This document shows, in pieces, positions 49,417 to 60,004 of a stretch of DNA of 64,000 nt. The stretch is from positions 352,001 to 416,000 of the forward strand of contig CBDHDG010000007.1 of the NCBI GenBank assembly GCA_965261595.1, read 5' to 3'. The translations under genes and the position numbers were made by a program. This stretch comes from a bacterium. GTDB taxonomy: Bacteria > UBA8248 > JACPRG01 > G963555815. Numbering within the stretch: position 1 is the first letter of the stretch; the number at the start of each line of letters is the position of its first letter. Below the pieces are notes generated by a model that saw only the letters and a list, made by a program, of their open reading frames with translations, searched no databases and was not told the DNA's origin.

Positions 49417-50222
49417 ATGCAACCGAAGTTGCTTTTTGGGGATAAGGATTTGGGCCGGGCATTTCAAGAGCTGAATGAGACGTGGGAGGTGGAGTTGCCC
49501 ATCGAGGCGAGCCTGAAAGGGTTTTTGGAGGGCCTGATGGCCGAGGAGCGGGCCGTCTACCTGGCGGCCGGGTTCCGGGAGCGCACGCCCAAGCGGCGCG
49601 ACTGGGCCAACGGCCACTACGTCCGGGACCTGGGGACCGAGGGGGGGCTGATCCGCGCCCTGCGTGTGCCCCGGGTTCGCGGCGGCGGCTTTCAGAGCCG
49701 GGCGTTCGCGCTACCGGCGCCGCCGGGCGGTGGTGGACCGCACGCTTCGCGATTGCTTCCTGGCCGGGGTGTCCACCCGCCGGGTGGGGGCGTGCGTGAA
49801 GGGGTTGTTGGGTGAAGCGGTGAGCGCCTCCACCGTCTCGCGGGTGTGCACGGCGCTCAGCCGAGACGTTGCGGCGTTCCACGACCGCCCTTTGAGCGAC
49901 CACTACCGTTGTGTGTTCCTGGATGGCCTGGCTTTCAAGGTGCGCGGGGCGTCGAGAAGCCGGCGCAAGGTCCTTTTGTGCGCGATGGGCGTCACACTCG
50001 CGGGCCGGCGGGAGATCATCGACTTCCGTCTGGCCGACTCGGAGAGCGAGGCCACGTGGACGAAGTTCCTCGACGACCTCTACCACCGGGGGCTTTTGGG
50101 TCACTCCCTTCGCCTCATCATCACCGACGGCAACCCGGGGCTGTTGGCGGCGCTGGAGGTGGTCTACCCCTTCACGCCCCATCAGCGGTGCTGGTTTCAC
50201 AAGATGGAAAACGTGGTTAAAA
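49417..50222 (+). pseudogene. IS256-family transposase, frameshifted and truncated
   Basis: NGHYVRDLGT...LRVPRVR, frameshift near 49710, GVSTRRV, FLDG, ITDG, QRCWFHK then stops. Confidence 0.85.
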
Positions 50223-50430
50223 TATCTCACCTCGCCAATGGTGCGACCGAGAACGCTGTGCTGAGATAAAGTGCTGTAAACATTGAATTTATTTTTCATT
50301 ATCCCGTCTCTTGCCCCTTGCATTCCCGCCACGCTTGTGCTCAAATACGCACCGATTTGATGCAGCGTGTGTTCTATTTGATTACGGAATTGCATACCGA
50401 ATCACCATAGAACAAAGGCAAGGAGCGACC

Positions 50431-51231
50431 ATGCCCAGAAGGAGCGAGCTCAGGATCACCAAACGCACCGTGGATGCACTCACCGTCGATGCCAAGGATG
50501 GCGTCTTCTGGGACCGGGACCTGGCGGGCTTCGGGGTGCGGGTCCATGCCACGGGTCGCAAGGTCTACGTAGTGCAGTCCCGGGGGCCGGCCGGACCGAA
50601 GCGAGTGACCCTCGGACGGCATGGGGACATGTCGACCGAGGAGGCGAGGAAGCGGGCGGCCGTGGTCATCGACCGCATCAAGCGGGGGGAGGACCCCGTG
50701 CCCGCGCCGCCCGAGCCGGAGCTCACGTTGGCCGAACTGTCCGAACGGTTCCTGCGCACCCATGTCAAGGTGCATTGCAAGCCGAGCACCGTTGCAACGT
50801 ACCGGTGCGTGCTCGGCAAGCACATTCTTCCCACCCTGGGCGCGATGTCAATCAACGAGGTAGGACGAAGGGAGATTTCCGCGCTGCATCACCGGCTTCG
50901 TGACACGCCTGCAATGGCCAACCGGACGGTCAAGGTTCTGTCGAGAATGTTCTCGTTGGCGGAAGCCTGGGAAAGACTGCCGCCCGGCCGGAACCCGTGC
51001 CGGTCGGTGCGCCGCTACAAGGAGAGGTCGTGCGAGCGGTTTCTGACGCCGGAGGAGTTCCGGCGGCTGGGCCGTGTGTTGAGGGACGCGGAAACGGACG
51101 GCTCGGTGTGGCCGCCGGTGATTGCGGCGCTCCGGCTGCTGCTGCTGACCGGATGCCGGAAGAGCGAGATCCTGACGTTGCGCTGGGAATTTATGGATAG
51201 GTTGTTTCCTGCACGGCGAGTATCCGTATAA
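50431..51231 (+). pseudogene. Tyrosine integrase with arm-binding domain, C-terminally truncated
   Basis: WDRDLAGFGVRV...TLGRHG arm domain; ends just after TGCRKSEILTLRW and lacks HxxR and the catalytic Tyr. Confidence 0.85.
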
Positions 51232-51479
51232 CTCATTGATAAATAATTATTCTTGTCGGTATCGCGATGACCATGGAAGGCGCGTTCAGCCTGGGTTCAA
51301 CACTATTTCAACACCGACACCCCGACCGGAAACGGGCGCATGCTTGACGCCGTATGACACCGATTCGAGGGATCCGGCTCGGCCTGGAACAGGCCCTGGA
51401 AGATTACATAGCGGCCTATCCACGTCGAACGGCGGGGATCAACAAATTGTACCGCGAGGGGTTCACGCGCCATCGAGGC

Positions 51480-51605
51480 CGTTATCGGTCGCAACAAACC
51501 GAGGGCCAACTCGATCGAAACTTCCTCAAGGGACGCCTCGGCGTTCAGAGCAACGCCGTCATGAGCACCGCCGACTACAACTTCCGCCTCCTCCTCTATC
51601 GTAGC
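51480..51605 (+). pseudogene. IS5-like transposase C-terminal remnant
   Basis: LDRNFLKGRLG..NAVM...YNFRLLL. Confidence 0.5.
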
Positions 51606-51784
51606 CATCAGAAACTGGGCCTGCACCTCGATCCGGCCGGAATGACGGTCGCCGCCACGTATCCAGTCCCACTTGAGACAAGTGATCTCCGAGGACCGCG
51701 TGCCAGTGCGATCCGCGTTCTCTCCCCAAAACCGCCGCCCTTTGTTCCTTAGGAACGGATGACTCAAAAGGGAACAGACAAAGG

Positions 51785-51896
51785 AGACAGCGACCGCCGA
51801 TGAGATACTCGATTCCATCAAGCGGTTCTGTCTGAGAACCCTCAAAACTGCCCAGTATGCAGGATAGTGGTAGAAACTAAAGAATCGGGACAGTAG
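51785..51896 (+). pseudogene. IS630-like 3' remnant
   Basis: TATADEILDSIKRFCLRT followed by a GAATCGGGACAGTAG end. Confidence 0.5.
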
Positions 51897-52027
51897 CAGG
51901 CTACTGAATAACTGTTTTGAGAACTGTCACGAGCAATATCGGTTGGCAAATTGCCTAATAACGATTCCATACTGTCGCTATTCGAATCTTTCTTGTTTTA
52001 GCAGCCTGCTAGAGAGGAACAAAGAAA

Positions 52028-52708
52028 TTAATTGGGACCATTAACCGCTGTTTCGACCCGCTTAAGTGAATCCAAGAGCCGGCTTCCCGCACCTACGATC
52101 TTCGATAGAACTGCAATTTGTTCGCGCAAGGAGATATCTCCTGTAGGTACGGGGTAGTTTATCTGATGATCGACTTCTGCCCAAATTTCCTCAAATAGTG
52201 TTCTCACCTGAATTTCGCAGCACAGCACCGAATCTTCACGCGGACGGACAAGATAATGGACGCTCGTATATGAGGTGGGCTTTTCGGACACTTCGAGATC
52301 GAACTGCTTAAAAAATGAAACTGTTTCGGGATCCCATGTGTATGCTTTGGGCTGCTCGGCAAACCACCAATCACCTTCCTCTAACACCTTGTGCCGAATA
52401 ACTGAATCAATACTCTCGAAATGTTCTTGAAAAAGATGAAGTATTCTAACGCCTGCAAGATCTGTTATTTTAGAAAATAGATTTTCCGAATTAATCTCCG
52501 TTCCTTGCGCGCTCTTTCTAAGAATTTTTTGACGCAAATACTCCCGGTCTTTCAGACGACTCTTGAACGAGTGCACTACTTGGTGACCATTCAAATTTAA
52601 CTCCGGATGCCTTCCGATATAATTGACGACCCCTTCCATAAATATCTGAAGATCATGCCGTTGTTGATCGTACCGTTTAAGAGCATCCTCTATGATGGTT
52701 TCGTTCAT
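52028..52708 (-). CDS. Small alarmone synthetase-like RelA/SpoT domain protein
   Basis: SRLK...K, ITDLAGVRIL, YTSVHY, EIQVRT, WAEVDH; 226 aa with no HD hydrolase domain. Confidence 0.88.
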   Translation of the reverse strand: MNETIIEDALKRYDQQRHDLQIFMEGVVNYIGRHPELNLNGHQVVHSFKSRLKDREYLRQKILRKSAQGTEINSENLFSKITDLAGVRILHLFQEHFESIDSVIRHKVLEEGDWWFAEQPKAYTWDPETVSFFKQFDLEVSEKPTSYTSVHYLVRPREDSVLCCEIQVRTLFEEIWAEVDHQINYPVPTGDISLREQIAVLSKIVGAGSRLLDSLKRVETAVNGPN

Positions 52709-53035
52709 AGCTCGGCAACCCTGCCAAGAAAGTCTTTGGCAAATTCCTGATAAGCTCTTTGAGTCTTGCGGTATCTCTCTCGGTTTCCAGCAATGGTATT
52801 TTTATCCTCTTGTTCCAGATCCACGTCAGGGAGAAGCCACATTGGTTGGTGGTATTTTTGCGCCATGCTTGGAAATGTGTTGTGGCTGTGGATTACAGAA
52901 TTTCCACCTATGGAGTCCGACAAGAGACCTTCGAAAGGTAACGAGTTCTCTGGATCCAAGTAATGTTCAATTGTTACCGGAATCTGTTTTGGACCGCCCC
53001 TGGGTTATTGGACACTCGGGTGAGGGTATTCGACC

Positions 53036-53953
53036 TCATGCGGCCTCCGCAACTTGAGCGAGTTTTTCCTGCCTTGCCTGGGCCGGCGTTCGGTAGCCGT
53101 AGCCCTCGAGAATCCAATGATGGTTGTACAGGTTCTTGAACTCAAGCAGCGCCCACCGCAGTTCCTCTACGGTGGCGAAAGAGCGCACCCACAGGAGATT
53201 CTCCTTCAAGATGCGGATGAACCACTCACAGTAGCCATTTCCCTCGGGCGCCCGCACGAAGCTGGGCGAACTGGTCATGCCCAGGTAGGCGATCTCCCGC
53301 TGAAAGTCATCGGACAGATAGGCGGGGCCGTGGTCGTGACGAACTTTAAGCCCCTCGGCGACGTCCGCCTCCAAGCCGGCGAAGCGCTCGGCGACCCCCT
53401 GCCGGATCGGCTCCAGGGCCTCGAAGCGGTTGCCGCTCTTGGCCGCATGGATCCCCACGCAGTCCACCGAGCAGTGATCCACCGCCACGAACACCGAGGC
53501 CATCCCCTCCTCGGTGGTCACCGTCGTCGTCATGTCCGTGCCCCACATTCGGTCGGGCCGCTCGGTGCGGATGGTCCCGTTGTGGGCCTTGGGACCTCGG
53601 GGTTTGCCCACCCGGTGGGGGGCCTGAAGCCCCGCCTCCCGCATCAGGCGACGCACCCGCTCCTTGCTGGTGCGGATGCCCGCGAAGCGCAGCCTCGCCC
53701 ACACCTTGCGGTAGCCCTCGCCATGGAAGGGAGAGTCCTCCAGGACCTGCCGGATGTGGCCGAGGAGTTCCGCATCGGTGCACGGGCCCACAGGGCCGCG
53801 CTTATTGGGCGTGGGGCGTTCATGAACGGGGACCGCCTCTCGCCGCCGTTGCGCGTAGACCGTGGAGCGCGCCAAGCCCCAAAGGGCGCACACCCGCTTC
53901 AGGCCGTAGGCTCTGCCCGTGGAGGTGAAGCGGGCCTGACTCATCGCCTCCAC
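53036..53953 (-). CDS. IS3-family transposase OrfB
   Basis: Near-identical to copy 1. Confidence 0.9.
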   Translation of the reverse strand: MEAMSQARFTSTGRAYGLKRVCALWGLARSTVYAQRRREAVPVHERPTPNKRGPVGPCTDAELLGHIRQVLEDSPFHGEGYRKVWARLRFAGIRTSKERVRRLMREAGLQAPHRVGKPRGPKAHNGTIRTERPDRMWGTDMTTTVTTEEGMASVFVAVDHCSVDCVGIHAAKSGNRFEALEPIRQGVAERFAGLEADVAEGLKVRHDHGPAYLSDDFQREIAYLGMTSSPSFVRAPEGNGYCEWFIRILKENLLWVRSFATVEELRWALLEFKNLYNHHWILEGYGYRTPAQARQEKLAQVAEAA

Positions 53954-54327
53954 CTCCTGCCGGCTAAAGGGCGGCCGGCCTCCAGGCGGTCGATCTTCTC
54001 CCGCAGGACCTCGCCATCCATCGTGAGTTCGCCCACCTTGGCCTTGAGCCGGGCGTTCTCCTCGTCCCGCTCATCCGCCGGGCGGGCTTTGAGCGCCGCC
54101 TCGCCCCCGCGAAGGAACGCCTCGCGCCAGGCGGAAAGCCGAGCCGCTGTCGTGCCCAACTCGCGGCAGAGCGTCTCCAGGCTCTCGCCCCGCAAAAGAC
54201 GCAGGACCGCCTCCCGCTTGCGCTGGCAGGAGAACCGACCCCGCTCACTGCGATGCCCTGGGGCCTTGGCTCCGTTCGCCCTGCGGGCGCCCTCCGCCAA
54301 AGCCCCCTCTTGCTTTTGTTCGTTCAT
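53941..54327 (-). CDS. IS3-family OrfA
   Basis: Near-identical to copy 1. Confidence 0.85.
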   Translation of the reverse strand: MNEQKQEGALAEGARRANGAKAPGHRSERGRFSCQRKREAVLRLLRGESLETLCRELGTTAARLSAWREAFLRGGEAALKARPADERDEENARLKAKVGELTMDGEVLREKIDRLEAGRPLAGRRWRR

Positions 54328-55350
54328 CGCGACACCCCTTTCTCCATGAATCATGGATCAATCGAGTGTCCAACAAAACCCTAGAGCGGGGGAGTTTCGC
54401 ATAATTGTAGTGTGCTTGCGCAAGATCGAGGTCATTCAGGGATCCCGAGTAACGTTTGGCATTGTAGATTGTCTAACCGATCAGCTTCACAAAGCTCTCG
54501 GGAAACTGGCTGCGTTTGGAGTCTGAGAGCAGGTGGAATATGCTGTCGAACTGTTTCCTCCACACACTCAAGGCGCTGGCGATGTTTCGAATTCCGTAAA
54601 CGGAGAACAGGTCTGGAGAACAGGGTATGAGGAAACCATCTGCCAATGTGAGAAGGTGGCGATTTAATGCACCTAGACTTGGAGAGGTATCAAATATCAC
54701 TAGATCGTAATCATATTTTTTTGTGTACTCGTATGACAACTGACGAACTCTCGTGGCAGTCCTTATTGCAAGTGGGTCTCCTTGATAGATACCGCTCCAT
54801 CGTTCGCCTATCTTTGCCTCGAACAGGTGAAGTGTGAGTCGTCCGGGAATGAGATGAACATTGTCTGTTAACTCTGCTGGTGGAGGTAATGTATCGAGTT
54901 CTCCAGTGCCGTCCTCTGTAGGTTTGAGAGCAAAATGGATCGTACGTGGCATCTTTATGAGTTTGACGAAATCTCTGTCCTTAAATTTGGCTAGCGAAGC
55001 GGCAAAATCGTCAATGAAATCTTCTTCCGGTGCCCAAATATCGTGAATTTTCTCCATACCCAAAGAAAAGATGGTTAGGTTACACTGCGGGTCAAGATCA
55101 ATTAGGAGGACTTTCTTGCCCATTTCACCAAGAGCATGCGCTAAGTGGAAAGTGAGGGTTGTCTTTCCAACGCCGCCCTTATTGTTGAAAATGGTGATGA
55201 TATCAGGATTCATAAGAGGCGTTTCCTTTTGGTCACTTCGAGGTTTCTTGTTGTGCCAGTTTGGGGCTATTCTGGTCTGGATTGAAGATACGGTTAAATA
55301 GCAGGGTAAGTCAAATCTGTATGGCAAAATAGAGGTTCGATCTTAGCCCC

Positions 55351-56738
55351 GAGTTACTGTCAAATCTGGTGTATGGGCGTCCTGAATCAAGCGGCTTCCC
55401 TGCCCATCTCTCTCTCGTCAATCCCATCGATGAACTTCACGTCGGCGACCACGCCGGCCAGATGACGGAAGCCGCGTAGCCGACGCCAGCGTTTCTGGGC
55501 GCTCATGGCGAGTTGATGCACGAGGCTCAACGCCGTCTTCTCGCTCAGGCAGTTCCTGGTCTTCACCGTTCGCAGCCGTATGGTCGCGAAGGTCGATTCG
55601 ATGGGGTTGGTAGTCCGCAGGTGCTGCCAGTGAGCCGCCGGGAAGTCGTAGAAGGACAGAAGCGTCTCCCGATCCCTGGCCAGGCAGTCGGCGGCCTTGG
55701 GGTATTTGGCTTCGTAGGTGGCGACGAAGCGCTTGAACGCCTCCTCCGCTCTCGCCCGTGTATCCGCCCGCCAGATCTCATGCAACATCGACTTCGCGCT
55801 GCCCTGAAGGCGTTTGGGAAGCTTGTCGAGCACGTTCGCCGTCTTGTGCACCCAGCAGCGCTGCGCCCGGGTTTCTGGGTACACCTCGGCCAGGGCCGAC
55901 CAGAACCCGAGCCCTCCGTCGCCCACCGCCAGTTTCGCCGCCTTCACCCCGCGGTCGCGCAGGCTCAACAGCACCGCCTTCCAGCTCTCCTTCGATTCCC
56001 GGAACCCCGCATCCAGGGCCAGGAAGTGCTTGCAACCACGCACGTCGCAACCCACCACCACCAACAGACAACGCCGCTCCTCGCTGCGCACGTTCACGTA
56101 TATCCCGTCCGCCCACAGATACACGAACTCCTCGCCTCCCCAGTCACGCTCCCGCCATTGGGCGTACTCGACCTCCCAGCCGCCCTTGAGACGTGCGACA
56201 CTCGCCGCAGACAAACCCTTCACCGATTCGCCGAACAACGCTTGCAAGGCTTCCTCGAAGTCATTCGTCGATACCCCCTTCAGGTACAGCCACGGCACAA
56301 CCGCTTCCACCCGCCTCGTCTTCTTCAGGTAGGGCGGCAACAACTCCGAGCGGAAACAATGTCCCCCGCCGGACCTGTCCCGCGTCCGGGGAACACGGAC
56401 ACGGACCGGGCCGATTCCCGTCAAAACCTCCCGCGAAGGCAGGTAGCCGTTGCGAACGACCGATCGGCGTCCCCGACCGTCGCGCTCGGCCGCATGCTCC
56501 TCCAGGAAGGCCTGCAACTCCGCTTCCACGGCTTGTCGAATGATTTGCCGTGCGCCGTGGCGCACCACTTCGCTGAGTTCGTCCCGAAAGGCTGGATTCG
56601 AAAATGTAACCGTCGTATCTTTCTCCATGGTGGCGCATCTCCTCTCTCGCTGAATAACCGGGCTCTTCACAACCCCATTTCAGCAGGAATGCGCCGCCTT
56701 CTTCAATTCACCCCATACACCAGATCTGAGCGTATCTC
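55351..56738 (-). mobile_element. IS256-family element
   Basis: IRs GAGTTACTGTCAAATCTGGTGTATGGG / CCCATACACCAGATCTGAGCGTATCTC; imperfect TAGCC-containing flanking repeat. Confidence 0.88.
55387..56628 (-). CDS. IS256-family transposase (intact)
   Basis: RNGYLP, VPRTRDR, YLWADG, VGDG, QRCWVHK, LRTTNPIES. Confidence 0.92.
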   Translation of the reverse strand: MEKDTTVTFSNPAFRDELSEVVRHGARQIIRQAVEAELQAFLEEHAAERDGRGRRSVVRNGYLPSREVLTGIGPVRVRVPRTRDRSGGGHCFRSELLPPYLKKTRRVEAVVPWLYLKGVSTNDFEEALQALFGESVKGLSAASVARLKGGWEVEYAQWRERDWGGEEFVYLWADGIYVNVRSEERRCLLVVVGCDVRGCKHFLALDAGFRESKESWKAVLLSLRDRGVKAAKLAVGDGGLGFWSALAEVYPETRAQRCWVHKTANVLDKLPKRLQGSAKSMLHEIWRADTRARAEEAFKRFVATYEAKYPKAADCLARDRETLLSFYDFPAAHWQHLRTTNPIESTFATIRLRTVKTRNCLSEKTALSLVHQLAMSAQKRWRRLRGFRHLAGVVADVKFIDGIDEREMGREAA

Positions 56739-56851
56739 TAGCCTCTTAGCCCCCGGTTCCACTCCGAAGTGAACCATCTCCTGTTGCAGTTGTTAAATTA
56801 CTTTGAATGGCGCTAAACAAGTTAACGCTTATGGGGCGTCCCTACCGCGAT

Positions 56852-57378
56852 CCCGAAACCCGGACGCAGTGCTGCTGGGTGCACAAGACGGCGAACGTCC
56901 TCGACAAGCTGCCCAAGCGTCTTCAGGGCGAAGCCAAGTCGATGCTCCACGAGATGTGCGGGCCGATACACGGGTGAGAGCGAACAAGGAGTACGAGCGC
57001 TTCCTCGCCACCCATGAGGCGAAATACCCCAAGGCCGCCGACTGCCTGGCGAGGGACCGATAGGAACTGCTCGCCTTCTACGACTTCCCGGCGTCTCACT
57101 GGCAACACCTGCGGACCACCAACCCCATCGAGTCGACCTTCGCCACCATACGGTTGCGAACGGTGAAGACCAGGAACTGTCTGAGCGTGAAAACGGCGCT
57201 GAGCCTCGTGAACAAGCTCGCCATGAACAACCGGAAGCGATGGCGCCGCCTACGCGGCTTCCGTTAACTGGCCTGTGTGGTCGCCGATGTGAAGTTCATC
57301 GATGGGGTGGACGAAAGAGAGACGGGCAGGAAAGCCGCTTGATTTACGACAGCCATACATCAGATTTGACAGTAGCTC
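56852..57378 (+). pseudogene. Degenerate 3' half of a related IS256 in opposite orientation
   Basis: CWVHKTANVLDKLP...RTTNPIES with stops and frameshift; ends in IR CCATACATCAGATTTGACAGTAGCTC. Confidence 0.85.
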
Positions 57379-57399
57379 CATTTGCACAAGCTCTCGAGC

Positions 57400-58108
57400 T
57401 TATTTGAATCCTCCGCGACAAAACCAGTCGCTGTTGGCACAGGCTTCATACGTAGCCATTTGCCAAGAATTCTTAGACACATGTTCGCGAGAAACTACCA
57501 TCTCATTCAAATGCTTCCGTACCCCATAAGGGCCAGCCGTGTCCAGTAATTTAGATAAATAATAGCGAATGTTGACAAGTTCCTGAGCTGCTTGTACTGC
57601 ATAAAGCTTTGCAAGCTTGAATACCTCAAAATGTCGGGGAACTCGTAACTTTGTCAGGTAATCCCATGATTTATGCGGAACAACAAAGAAATGTAGACTG
57701 GCAGGCTTAACTTTTTTTACATTAGCGTACAGCCACCGATCATCCTGAATGCAGTCAAAGTATGGATGCAGCGTCACCTCTTCACCTTTTTGAGGTATGC
57801 CGTCAAGCTTAGCTTTGTTGCAATCCATACAAGCAGGTACCAAATTATCCGGTGCAACGACCAACGCCGGATAGTGTGCCATGGGCAAATGATGATCCAA
57901 TGTACTGACTGTTCTCTGTCCGCAAAGCGGGCAACGTGCATGTGGGGAAGACGAAAGAAGCTTGTCGTATATCGATCTTCCAAGTGCCCGTTTCTGAGCC
58001 ATCCGAGAGTTGTAGACGACAGCCATTTCTTGTTTCGTCACCACTCCACCTACATTGTCCGCAGTTGCTATGGTATTCAACTCCCCGGCGTTTGCTGCAC
58101 GTCCGTAC
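57400..58108 (-). pseudogene. HNH endonuclease, N-terminus removed at IS3 copy 4
   Basis: CPLCG...TLDHHLP...NLVPACMDCNKAK; AT-rich. Confidence 0.85.
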
Positions 58109-58174
58109 TCCCCCGCTCTAGGATTTTGTTGGACACTCGATTGATCCATGATTCATGGAGAAAGGGGTGTCGCG

Positions 58175-58561
58175 ATGAACGAACAAAAGCAAGAGGGGGC
58201 TTTGGCGGAGGGCGCCCGTAGGGCGAACGGAGCCAAGGCCCCAGGGCATCGCAGTGAGCGGGGTCGGTTCTCCTGCCAGCGCAAGCGGGAGGCGGTCCTG
58301 CGTCTTTTGCGGGGCGAGAGCCTGGAGACGCTCTGCCGCGAGTTGGGCACGACAGCGGCTCGGCTTTCCGCCTGGCGCGAGGCGTTCCTTCGCGCGGGCG
58401 AGGCGGCGCTCAAAGCCCGCCCGGCGGATGAGCGGGACGAGGAGAACGCCCGGCTCAAGGCCAAGGTGGGCGAACTCACGATGGAGGGCGAGGTCCTGCG
58501 GGAGAAGATCGACCGCCTGGAGGCCGGCCGCCCTTTAGCCGGCAGGAGGTGGAGGCGATGA
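58175..58561 (+). CDS. IS3-family OrfA
   Basis: Near-identical to copy 1. Confidence 0.85.
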   Translation: MNEQKQEGALAEGARRANGAKAPGHRSERGRFSCQRKREAVLRLLRGESLETLCRELGTTAARLSAWREAFLRAGEAALKARPADERDEENARLKAKVGELTMEGEVLREKIDRLEAGRPLAGRRWRR

Positions 58562-59466
58562 GTCAGGCCCGCTTCACCTCCACGGGCAGAGCCTACGGCC
58601 TGAAGCGGGTGTGCGCCCTTTGGGGCTTGGCGCGCTCCACGGTCTACGCGCAACGGCGGCGAGAGGCGGTCCCCGTTCATGAACGCCCCACGCCCAATAA
58701 GCGCGGCCCTGTGGGCCCGTGCACCGATGCGGAACTCCTCGGCCACATCCGGCAGGTCCTGGAGGACTCTCCCTTCCATGGCGAGGGCTACCGCAAGGTG
58801 TGGGCGAGGCTGCGCTTCGCGGGCATCCGCACCAGCAAGGAGCGGGTGCGTCGCCTGATGCGGGAGGCGGGGCTTCAGGCCCCCCACCGGGTGGGCAAAC
58901 CCCGAGGTCCCAAGGCCCACAACGGGACCATCCGCACCGAGCGGCCCGACCGAATGTGGGGCACGGACATGACGACGACGGTGACCACCGAGGAGGGGAT
59001 GGCCTCGGTGTTCGTGGCGGTGGATCACTGCTCGGTGGACTGCGTGGGGATCCATGCGGCCAAGAGCGGCAACCGCTTCGAGGCCCTGGAGCCGATCCGG
59101 CAGGGGGTCGCCGAGCGCTTCGCCGGCTTGGAGGCGGACGTCGCCGAGGGGCTTAAAGTTCGTCACGACCACGGCCCCGCCTATCTGTCCGATGACTTTC
59201 AGCGGGAGATCGCCTACCTGGGCATGACCAGTTCGCCCAGCTTCGTGCGGGCGTCCGAGGGAAATGGCTACTGTGAGTGGTTTATCCGCATCTTGAAGGA
59301 GAATCTCCTGTGGGTGCGCTCTTTCGCCACCGTAGAGGAACTGCGGTGGGCGCTGCTTGAGTTCAAGAACCTGTACAACCATCATTGGATTCTCGAGGGC
59401 TACGGCTACCGAACGCCGGCCCAGGCAAGGCAGGAAAAACTCGCTCAAGTTGCGGAGGCCGCATGA
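58549..59466 (+). CDS. IS3-family transposase OrfB
   Basis: Near-identical to copy 1. Confidence 0.9.
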   Translation: MEAMSQARFTSTGRAYGLKRVCALWGLARSTVYAQRRREAVPVHERPTPNKRGPVGPCTDAELLGHIRQVLEDSPFHGEGYRKVWARLRFAGIRTSKERVRRLMREAGLQAPHRVGKPRGPKAHNGTIRTERPDRMWGTDMTTTVTTEEGMASVFVAVDHCSVDCVGIHAAKSGNRFEALEPIRQGVAERFAGLEADVAEGLKVRHDHGPAYLSDDFQREIAYLGMTSSPSFVRASEGNGYCEWFIRILKENLLWVRSFATVEELRWALLEFKNLYNHHWILEGYGYRTPAQARQEKLAQVAEAA

Positions 59467-59547
59467 GGTCGAATACCCTCACCCGAGTGTCCAATAACCC
59501 AGGGGCGGTCCAACCGAACGAAAACCGCGACCCGGAGAGACAAAACC

Positions 59548-59931
59548 ATGAGCGAAAACCAGCGAGCTGATGCCGAAACCGGCGCGACTCCAGACGAAAA
59601 ACAGACCGACACGCGCACGCCGCGGGCGATCCGGTTCTCGGATTCCGAGTGGGATGAGGTCAAAACGGCGGCAGCGGAGCATAAAATCCCGGCCGCCGAG
59701 TTCGTCCGCGATGCCGCGCTGGACCTCGCACGGAACAAGAACGTCGTGGACCCCGCCGCGATGCCGCCCGGAACCGTCGCGCTGATCGAGCGCATCTATC
59801 GAAGCACCTACATCGTTGCGACCCTCAAACGCGATGAAATGCTCCGCGAAGGGCGCGGCGACGAGCTCGACGAGATGATAAAATTGGCCCGGGAGACCCA
59901 GGCGACGATCCTGGAAGATGCCTCGAAATGA
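59548..59931 (+). CDS. Ribbon-helix-helix type DNA-binding protein
   Basis: PRAIRFSDSEWDEVKTAA...AAEFVRDAAL pattern; GGAG upstream. Confidence 0.6.
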   Translation: MSENQRADAETGATPDEKQTDTRTPRAIRFSDSEWDEVKTAAAEHKIPAAEFVRDAALDLARNKNVVDPAAMPPGTVALIERIYRSTYIVATLKRDEMLREGRGDELDEMIKLARETQATILEDASK

Positions 59932-60004
59932 ACCCGCCCGTCGAGAAGCACCCGGCTACAGGCCGTATGCGTTCGATAGAAAACCGAAAGGGAGGGAGAG
60001 AACA

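Larger units (their letters stand above)
52990..54393 (-). mobile_element. IS3-family element, copy 3
   Basis: Near-identical to copy 1; target duplication GTTT. Confidence 0.92.
52705..55213 (-). pseudogene. ParA/Soj-family ATPase (366 aa reconstructed), broken by a TAG at 54473-54475 and by IS3 copy 3
   Basis: FNNKGGVGKTT, IDLDPQCNLT, DTSPSLG; removing the IS and one GTTT rejoins ...HYNYAK|QIPVTIEH... in frame; the stop overlaps the RelA/SpoT start (ATGA). Confidence 0.88.
58109..59512 (+). mobile_element. IS3-family element, copy 4 (opposite orientation, no target duplication)
   Basis: Near-identical reverse complement of copy 1; flanks GTAC and ACCG differ. Confidence 0.92.

Noticed and set aside
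50239..50256. GATENA peptide shared with the IS256 transposase at the window end
   Set aside because: Six residues with no flanking similarity; could be chance or a tiny remnant
54473..54475. TAG in the ParA gene as pyrrolysine or programmed readthrough
   Set aside because: It is one base from a Tyr codon, and the gene is also disrupted by an IS about 80 bp further on; simple decay is more likely
54473..55213. Plasmid or chromosome partition locus
   Set aside because: No parB or parS-like repeats; the ATPase is longer than a typical Soj and is coupled to a RelA/SpoT gene
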